Part shown: positions 24,281 to 32,166 of the stretch, in pieces | How positions within the stretch are numbered: position 1 is the first letter of the stretch | Layout: every line of letters starts with the position of its first letter | From: Octopus bimaculoides | Taxonomy: Eukaryota | Direction: 5' to 3' | Assembly (NCBI RefSeq): GCF_001194135.2 | Contig: NC_068983.1 | Coordinates: 32,944,207-32,976,372, forward strand | DNA: 32,166 nt | Translations under genes and position numbers: made by a program | Notes under the pieces: generated by a model | What the model was told of the DNA's origin: nothing | Database searches by the model: none | The model's input: the letters and a program-made list of their open reading frames with translations, nothing else

Positions 24281-24471
24281 ATAATGATTTCAATTTTTGG
24301 CTCAAGGTCAGTAATATCGGGGGAGGGGTAAGTCGTTTACATTGACCCCAGTGTTCCACTGGTACTAATTTTATTTTCTATCGATCACAGTAGCATTTGA
24401 ACTCGGAGCGTGAAGGCAGACGAAATACTGCTAAGTATTTTGACCGGCGTGCTAATGTTTCTGCCAGCTCG
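24281..24471 (-). mobile_element. SINE family A copy
   Basis: caatttttggctcaagg..attgaccccagtg..ggtact..atttgaactcggagcgt..accggcgtgctaatgtttctgccagctcg. Confidence 0.8.
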
Positions 24472-24515
24472 ACTCCTTTCAACGTTTCGTAATATTACAG
24501 ATTCTGCATCAGGCA

Positions 24516-24710
24516 GCGAGCTGACAGAGTCGTTAACATGCCGGGAAAATGCTTAGTGGCATTCACATTCTGAGTTCAATTTCGGCCGAGGTCGACTTAG
24601 CTTTTCATCATTTCGAAGGTCTGTAAAATATGTACCAGCTGAACACTGCTGTCAATGTAATCGACTTACTCGCTTCCTTGAAATTGCTGGCCTTGTGCCG
24701 AAATTTGAAT
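24516..24710 (+). mobile_element. SINE family A copy, head-to-head with the preceding copy
   Basis: gcgagctgacagagtcgttaacatgccggg..cattctgagttcaatttcggccgaggtcgactt..gtaccag..atcgactt..gctggccttgtgccgaaatttgaa. Confidence 0.8.
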
Positions 24711-25056
24711 TTTTCAAGTGTTGTTTTTGAATACAACATACGTTTGACAATGTAAAAGTTATTTTGTTAGTGATTGTATCGTTTCTTAAAAAAGCATAAT
24801 TTTTTTATGTAGACTGCTTGAAGTTGGAAGCGTGTAAGGACACGAAAAGTGATTGAGAAAACAAAGATTGTGCTACAAAAATCCCAAGCCAGATTGTAAA
24901 AAGACGAAGACAAAAGAGTGGGGAGAAAGTGGGGTATGAACAAGTACACACGTAAACACACACACATGCAAACACACATACGTACATACACACGCGAGCT
25001 AAGTGTATATACTTGTGAAAGTATGAACACATGCATTTGGAAGTGAAAAAAAGACG

Positions 25057-25107
25057 AAATAGTAGAGAAGACAAAATAGTAGAGAAGACAAAATAGTAGA
25101 GAAGACA
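25057..25107 (+). repeat. Perfect 17-bp tandem repeat x3 (aaatagtagagaagaca)
   Basis: Units at 25057, 25074 and 25091. Confidence 0.95.
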
Positions 25108-25385
25108 AAAGGCATAGTTGAAAACATCACAATCAATACACATAGCTATATTCTTTCTCTTCACTGTGCACAATGTTGTATTCTACAAACTTCAAAATAG
25201 AGAATGACATGTAAGTGTCACGACACATACACAGTTGTGAGTGTGTGTCGGCAAGCGAGTGTGTGTGTGTGACAGTGCTCATACTCATGCACCCGTAGTG
25301 TCGACGTGTATATATATACACACACATCATACTCACATATATATTACAACTTTTGTGAGGATAATCGAAATTCCTCCCTTTCTAT

Positions 25386-25432
<47 letters not shown>

Positions 25433-25920
25433 GTTGAAGTTGGAAAATAATATTAGAGACAAAAGCTACAGTTACTCTTAACATACTCGGCAGAAAGACC
25501 GAAGTGTGAAGTGCTTATTAATATGAAAAATGTAAACATCCTCACTAATATGAATTTTGCTCTTACCGGATAATTTATAACTTAATGATTATAAATATTA
25601 GCTTTAGATATCGAAACATCAGCATGACGCTGGGCAACAACCGTAAAACAAAAAGAAAAAAAAACATGACTGAAAGAATAATATGACGCTATTATAAGGT
25701 CACGAGAAAACCAAAAAAAAAAAATTATAAACCTACAAAATTTAGGAAAAAAAAATCCAATAAAATCGTAGAAAAGCTTTGAGGTATAATAAAAACGAAT
25801 GAATCCAATAACTGGAGATAATAGGCAAAAATTGCGTAAAATATCAGATGGTAAATATGCAATGTCAATATTGCATAAAAATTGCAAATATATCGTTGAG
25901 AAGTTAAATATAAATGAGTG

Positions 25921-26522
25921 TGTATGTATGTATGTTATTATTCAGTTTGTTTCAAGATTTCTTGCCAATAGAGAAAGAACCGATTTCTAACCTAGATCCA
26001 AGAGACCTCCATTGGTATTTCAACATCAAGAACAGGGTATTTTTATTTGTATGTATGTATAAGTGCAGATTTATATGTTTTGTTCTATGTATGCATTCTC
26101 ATGCATATGGTTGCATATCTAATCATGCTCAGGTGTATTTAAACGATAAACGTCGGGAAAGTTTTACAGATTTTTTAAGTTCCAGTGATAGATTGGATCT
26201 GTAGTCTTCGAATCAGTTTTCTCCTTTCTGGTTTTGAGAAGCCTAATTTCTCAAGATTGGTATTTAGGCAGTGTGTTATATATCCGAGAGCCCTAATAAT
26301 TAGAGGTATAAACCTGAACACGTAATCTGGATAGAGTAACTGCAGATTTCTCACTAGTTCAGCATAAGTGTTCTCTTTTTCACTGATCTTCAGTTTTATG
26401 TTAACATCCGCTCGGTAGCTAATTTCCACAACTGTACACAGTTTCTCTTCTCAATCTCAAATCATTGTATTAGATCTGTTGTGCTTACAGTTTATTGAGG
26501 TTTTCACTGGGACTTATCAGTG
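25921..26522 (-). mobile_element. 5'-truncated 3' end of an RLE-endonuclease non-LTR retrotransposon (R2/R4/NeSL type)
   Basis: Minus strand reads VPVKTSINCKHNRSNTMI*D*EEKLCTVVEISYRADVNIKLKISEKENTYAELVRNLQLLYPDYVFRFIPLIIRALGYITHCLNTNLEKLGF..LQIQSITGT*KICKTF. This is a decayed HNRPD..VEI..K..KY..IP..GALG restriction-like endonuclease C-terminus, followed by a likely 3' UTR and (CATA)n. Confidence 0.75.
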
Positions 26523-26588
26523 TATTATTCGGTTTATTTCAAGATTTCGTGCCAATAAAGAAAGAACCGATTTCTAACCTAGATCCAA
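25936..26588 (+). repeat. 66-bp direct repeat pair (25936-26001 and 26523-26588), 62/66 identical
   Basis: tattattc(a/g)gttt(g/a)tttcaagatttc(t/g)tgccaata(g/a)agaaagaaccgatttctaacctagatccaa occurs at both positions. Confidence 0.9.
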
Positions 26589-26658
26589 ATTTGACGTCGA
26601 TGTTACTTAGTTTGCTTTGAAATAAAGAACTTGATTAGCTTAATAATCCCAACTTAAT

Positions 26659-26686
26659 CCCGGGCAAAGTCGGGCTATACTGCTAG
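26659..26686 (+). mobile_element. Candidate Helitron 3' terminus
   Basis: GC-rich imperfect hairpin CCCGGGC-AAA-GTCGGG, 8 nt, then CTAG followed by T. The 5' end is uncertain. Confidence 0.45.
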
Positions 26687-27573
26687 TATATATATATAAA
26701 TGGAGTTATACGCAGGTGTTTTTCAAATTCTTTTACTTCCGACACGTTTTGAAGATATCATTGGTATTATTCCAAAGGAATAAAATGGTCTAGAACAATG
26801 TAATCTTCTCTTGAGAGAAATGAAGAAATAAAATTCGTTAATAGATTATGATGGATATGTATAGTGATGAACTGAACGCTATTTATTTGATTTCTGATTT
26901 TTTTTCTTTCCTTTACTCCTCCTCTTTCTATAGGCTACCTTTGATGTTATATCCTCTAATGTTTAAAAAAAAAACTTAATAGTATTCATTTCATCACTAT
27001 ACATATCCATCATATTCTGTTAAAATATCTTATTGATAAGTTTTATTTCTTCATTTCCCTGAAAAGTAGATTACATTGTTTTACACCATTTTATTCCTTT
27101 GGAATAATACCAATATCTTTCAAACATGTGTCAGAAGTAAAAGAATTTGAATAACACTTGTGTTTAATTCCATTTATTTATTTNNNNNNNNNNATATATA
27201 TATATATATCAGGTCTGACGAGTCGTCAATGAAGCTAAGCGCATTGTGGATGGGATGCGGAACGATTGGTCACTCTCTCACTGGACATATATTTAATTGC
27301 ATGGAAATACACATACACTCACGCACACACACATATAGGGAGAAGTGTGTGAGAGAAAAATATCACCCCCAGTAATGGACTGCTACTTCATGAGAAAGGC
27401 ATACTTGTTCAGTTGGAGTGGATTGGAACTCAAAATATTCTATACGATAGAGCATTCTTTCCAAAGCTCTAATAAGTTTACTGATTCTTCACTCCATTCT
27501 CAAGCAATTATTAAAATAGATAAAGCATGTGAGTTATTGATGTTTAGTCTCACTTTATCTTTAACTGAGTAGA

Positions 27574-27958
27574 GGCGTAATGGCCCAGTGGTTAGGGCAG
27601 CGGACTCGCGGTCATAGGATCGCGGTTTTGATTCTCAGACCGGGCGTTGTGAGCGTTTATTGAGCGAAAACACCTAAAGCTCCACGAGGCTCCGGCAGGG
27701 GAAGGTGGCCAATCCTGCCGTACTCTTTCACCTCAACTTTCTCTCACTCTTTCTTCCTGTTTCTGTTGTGCCTGTATTTCAAAGGGCCAGCCTTGTCACA
27801 CTGTGTCACGCTGAATATCCCTGAGAACTACGTTAAGGGTACACGTGTCTGTGGAATGCTCAGCCACTTGCACGTTGATTTCACGAGCAGGCTGTTCCGT
27901 TGATCGGATCAAATGGAACCCTCGACGTCGTAAGCGACGGAGTGCCAACAACAACAAC
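27574..27958 (+). mobile_element. Young tRNA-derived SINE, family D, with (AAC)n tail and 17-bp TSD
   Basis: Box A TGGCCCAGTGG; degenerate box B GGTTTTGATTC; tail CAACAACAACAAC; perfect TSD ATCTTTAACTGAGTAGA at 27557-27573 and 27959-27975. Confidence 0.9.
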
Positions 27959-28862
27959 ATCTTTAACTGAGTAGATCTATGATAAAAGGTGTTGGAGCTA
28001 TGGCTATCCTGCAGTTGCCATCGGCAGCAGTGGCATTTTGTGATGTACTAGTTCTAATATAAAGTATTTTAATTAACTAAACTGCAGAAAAACAACTCTG
28101 ATATGTTTATAAATTAAAATCAATCAAAACTAAATGTGCGTGAAGCAGTGAGACGTGAGTTTGATGTTAGAAGTACAGTGTCAACTGTGAGCATGTTCCA
28201 GTATTATTAGACCCTCTCGGCAAAGAGTAGTCTTCCCTTCTCAGAATTGATAATTTAACTAATGATTCATTCTCTTTACTACGGATTTAATTTTAATTAA
28301 TCAAAATATCTTGCATTACTACATTATGTTAGGAATAACGAAAAAGTATTTTATATCTTTAAAATATCTAATCTAAGATCTCTGTTGTCAAGGAAGATAA
28401 CTTAGTCACAATATTTTAGGAATATAAACAATATAAAGGAATATAAAGGTTGGAGTGTGAAATGTTCCAACCGGCGTTATTCGCTGTTAGATTTTTACAT
28501 GTCTTAGAGAGAGATCTTGACTAATTTCTCGGATGTATTTAGTTCGTTGAAGCGCACTATATTGCAAATGTGAGACCCTGTCTGTTTAATAAAGTAACCT
28601 ATTTCTGTGAAACTAAATTGATTTAAGTTTCTAACTCTAAAAATGTGAACTGATTTATTTATTTGCATTTATTGCAAAATCTCAGAGTATACTTTTGATA
28701 TATATATATAACATTTGATGTCTTAAGAGCAAAAGCTGAGGATCACATTTTCAATATGCAGCTGTTGTAAGCATTAGTAAATGTACTTCTTGCTAATGTA
28801 ATTTATAGTTTTTACTTTGATGTTGGGTCTTCATATATGAAACTTTTTTCTTTCCTTAATAG

Positions 28863-28927
28863 ACATTACCAGCCATTTATACAGAAGAACTTGAAATCGA
28901 TTTTGTGATGGAGGCAGTAATTATGAG
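28863..28927 (+). CDS. Alk: ALK-like exon, alphaC helix (about human exon 22)
   Basis: Acceptor ttttttctttccttaatag at 28862, donor GAG|gtgaga at 28928; 65 nt, phase 0-2. TLPAIYTEELEIDFVMEAVIMS aligns without gaps to human [22 protein letters not shown] (recalled). Confidence 0.95.
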
Positions 28928-31900
28928 GTGAGAAAATTTTAGTTTCGCTATTTTAATGTAGAAAAATATAATTATATCAAAGCTATTCTAAGAAGCGTTT
29001 TACAAATTTACCTTCAATCTCCACGAACGAAATGATTATGCAGTTAAAATATTGGGCTAATAACTTTCTTTCTAGTCCAATACTCGTTGCTACAAATGGT
29101 TTGTTATCTCAAAATAGAAGATATTACTATCATGTCTAAGTTTATTTAGATGTCGAGAAAGAGTCTAGAATTTCTCGAAATGTTACTTCAAATAAATTGG
29201 AGTCTATACGTGAATGTAATTACTGCCAAGTATCGTTTCTCAATGATATCTCTTTTGTTATCTTTATTTAAAACTAATATCTCATTCTAGACGCACTATG
29301 TCAAGTATATGTTTTATTTAAACTCCATATTCTGTTATTTAAAGTAGAATCTTCATAACAACTAGTATTTAAACTTGCTCTATTATTACTTGTCAATAAA
29401 ATATTTGTTGCAATAACCTGTTATCCAATTTTATGATTGAAATATTAAATGGTAACATAGTCATATGACCATTGATATCGAGATGCGAAGTAAATGTAAT
29501 CACGTCCAGTACTTGGCTTGTGTTGTATTTTATCGATTTCAGAAGAATGGATGGCAAAGTTGATATTGACAGGAGTTAAATTAAATATCGCATAGTTTTT
29601 TGCTTTTTATCTTTTTGATGATACGCTGTTACATTTTCGCGTCCACCAATCTGTTTTGATCGAAAATATTAAACGTCAACCAAGAGTTTTATCATCTGAT
29701 ACTAGGTATTTTTTCCCATAGTAACAAATATCTAAACCTTACTCTATGAACCCAAAAATATTAAACTAAATTTGAAACTTCTTTCAGTTTCTCTTTTCAA
29801 GTGCCTCTCTTTCGTCCCTTAAATTAAAGCTTTCATGGCTGAGAGCTCTAATGCAGCATATACTGGTAGGCCTCTCGCCGATCATCTACCTTGTGTTCCT
29901 GAAACTACTTCTTAAAATTTTGTGCAAAGAACCTTAACATTGAATGGATCTACTGAGACGTTCGGAACATCGATCCGCGTGGCACCTAATAATATTCGAA
30001 AGCTAAATAATAACTATGATATAAAGAGAACATTATTGTGCCTAACTCTTTCTCCTCATGGACGTTATGCAATCAAATTTTCGACATTGCTGCAGGTATT
30101 TTGCTTCTAAAACTTGACGGCTTTTCCTGGCGATTTCGCATATAGTATTACTGGCGCTACATTTAAAATTCTACACTCATATTGTAGTACTGCTAGCAGG
30201 CATAAGCTGTGCTGTGACTGCATATTCAATGATACATCTGATTTCAATGAGGAGCTAGACTAAGTGGAGATTCTCCCACTAATGCCGCACATTTCCATAA
30301 ACCAGATAACACCAGAAATTTTGCTAAAAACTTGGAAATACTTGTAATATACCACTTTGGAACTTCACATAAACACCACTATAAGATTTGATACTCTTAT
30401 CTAAATAGCACCGCTTCCAGCATTAACTTCTATAACCAAAACCATACATTTGCACGGCCCCAACCTAAGAACTCATATATAGTAGAAATTTAGCTAACTG
30501 CCTTTCCAACGAACGATACCACCAACGACATCAAATAACGGTATAAACAAAATTCCTTTAAATCCAGAGATTTCCTGGTCCATTTTATTTGGACTCTTAA
30601 AGCTCAGAGACATTATTGCTTTTGGTCGATATAGCTTTCCCATACAATAAAGTACGACTTCATTGCAGGTTATGTCTGTCTGCGAACCTGCAAATTCTGA
30701 AGTAATATGCAGTGTCCGTCCAGAAATATTTGAAAATGGTTTCTAAATACCATCACAGACAAGGTTTTTATCTTGGGTTAGTTCTGACTCTTAGACCGAA
30801 AATAATGCCAGGGAAAGCAAGGGTTTAGCCCTCTTATAGAGGAAAATTAATCTTGATCACCTTGCGAACCCCAATCATAGTAACGTCTTTAGTATCTACT
30901 GCCGACAAGCATATGGAACATTTATTCTTCAATAATTTTCATCATATGACCGTCCACATATATTGATAAACAATCTTTCAAGTCGAATTCGGTCAAGGCT
31001 TCAATTATTGTGAACATCCGATCCAGTAGGCACTTGAGTTTGTTACTATGAAAATTGGAGTAATGACTGAGATTCATTAATTGCTATCTATCTATCTATC
31101 AATCTATTTATCTATCTCACACACATTCTCTCTCTCTTCTCTCTGTCTCTCCACTCCCTCTGTCTCTGTATCTGAAGGGAGAGAGAGAAAGAAAGAAAGA
31201 GAGAGCGACGTGTATGTGTGCAAAAGTGAATGTGTGTGCTTATGTGTGAATTCATAATTGATCTCTATTGAAGGGGAAGGTTATCAACAAATACGATAAA
31301 ACATAAATTTATCTCGAGTATTTAGGAAATGACAACCTCAAAAAACGACATATTAAATTCTTGATATATTTACTTCATTGAATGTTTATTGTTCGCATTA
31401 GCTGGTCACATTTTTTGCTCGAAACCCTCAGGTTTTCAACCTTACACATTGGGAACCTATCAATAAAATCACGAGTCAGCGATTTTACATTCAAAGGTAG
31501 ATTTTTTTCTGACTAAAGAATAATTGATGTCGGTCTATTATATAAATGTTTTCTTTCTCAACTATTTAAAGTAAATAATTAATACTGGTGGGTAGCTGAC
31601 TACAGTAGTAGCAACAACATTAAAATTCTTCTGTAAAAATTTAGACGTTCCTTTATTGGGATATTCTACCAGTATTCCTTGTGTTCAACATCAGGTTTGT
31701 AGATATGTGTGTGTGTCTGTCTGTTTGTAGCGGCGTATATATACATACAGTATGTAACAATGTATTATATGTATATTTGTGTGTGTATGTTCGTGTGCAT
31801 ACGTAAACATATATATATACACACAGTAGAAAATATTAAAAAATTTTGGGGGACAATAGTGGTTTATTGAGGCGGAAGGTTGCGGATTTTTCCGTATCGA

Positions 31901-31943
31901 AGTATGTAACACGGATATTACCTACTCCATCTCTTAACTCTTG

Positions 31944-31974
<31 letters not shown>

Positions 31975-32166
31975 GAACAATTGCAGCGTGGAAGGTGTTA
32001 ATAAGCCATTTAAAGACACACAAAAAACGCTAGATACACTTCAACATTCAAATTTAATATGTGAAAATATTTTCGTCACTTTGAAACCGTGACCTGTTCA
32101 CTGACAAATTAAATTTAAATATTGAAGTGAATCTAACGGTTTTTTTTGTGTTTTTTAATGGATTAT

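Noticed and set aside
25057-25107. Short repeat arrays here and at 10169 and 18040 as CRISPR
   Set aside because: Adjacent or irregular repeats without unique regular spacers, no cas genes, eukaryotic context.
27535-28010. Target of the young SINE being an older element related to 12806-12893
   Set aside because: Similarity is only rough by eye and too weak to claim without alignment statistics.
28928-32166. Next kinase exon (KFxHxNIV-like)
   Set aside because: Candidate acceptors near 29721 and 31570 run into stops with no matching motif; the exon probably lies beyond the window.

Overview
AT-rich animal genomic DNA, dense in microsatellites and SINEs, with five N gaps. The repeat content resembles an octopus/coleoid cephalopod genome (inference from recalled SINE sequences). 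The + strand holds six consecutive coding exons of an ALK/LTK-family receptor tyrosine kinase: 1635-1724, 2915-3067, 7256-7360, 13230-13413, 18784-18874 and 28863-28927. They splice via GT-AG into one open frame: end of the Gly-rich region, EGF-like module, transmembrane helix, juxtamembrane segment, Gly-loop/VAIK and alphaC helix. The gene extends past both window edges. The introns contain several tRNA-derived SINE families (one copy with a perfect 17-bp TSD), a hAT-type MITE with an 8-bp TSD, a CR1/L2-type RT fragment, an RLE-type non-LTR retrotransposon 3' fragment bracketed by a 66-bp repeat, a possible Helitron end and a 46-bp inverted repeat. I see no clearly new multi-gene system. The best leads are a natural Tyr at the human ALK C1156 position (a TAT codon that A-to-I editing would read as Cys), the missing juxtamembrane NPNY motif, a head-to-head SINE hairpin in the pre-mRNA, and the nested retroelement at 25.4-26.7 kb.
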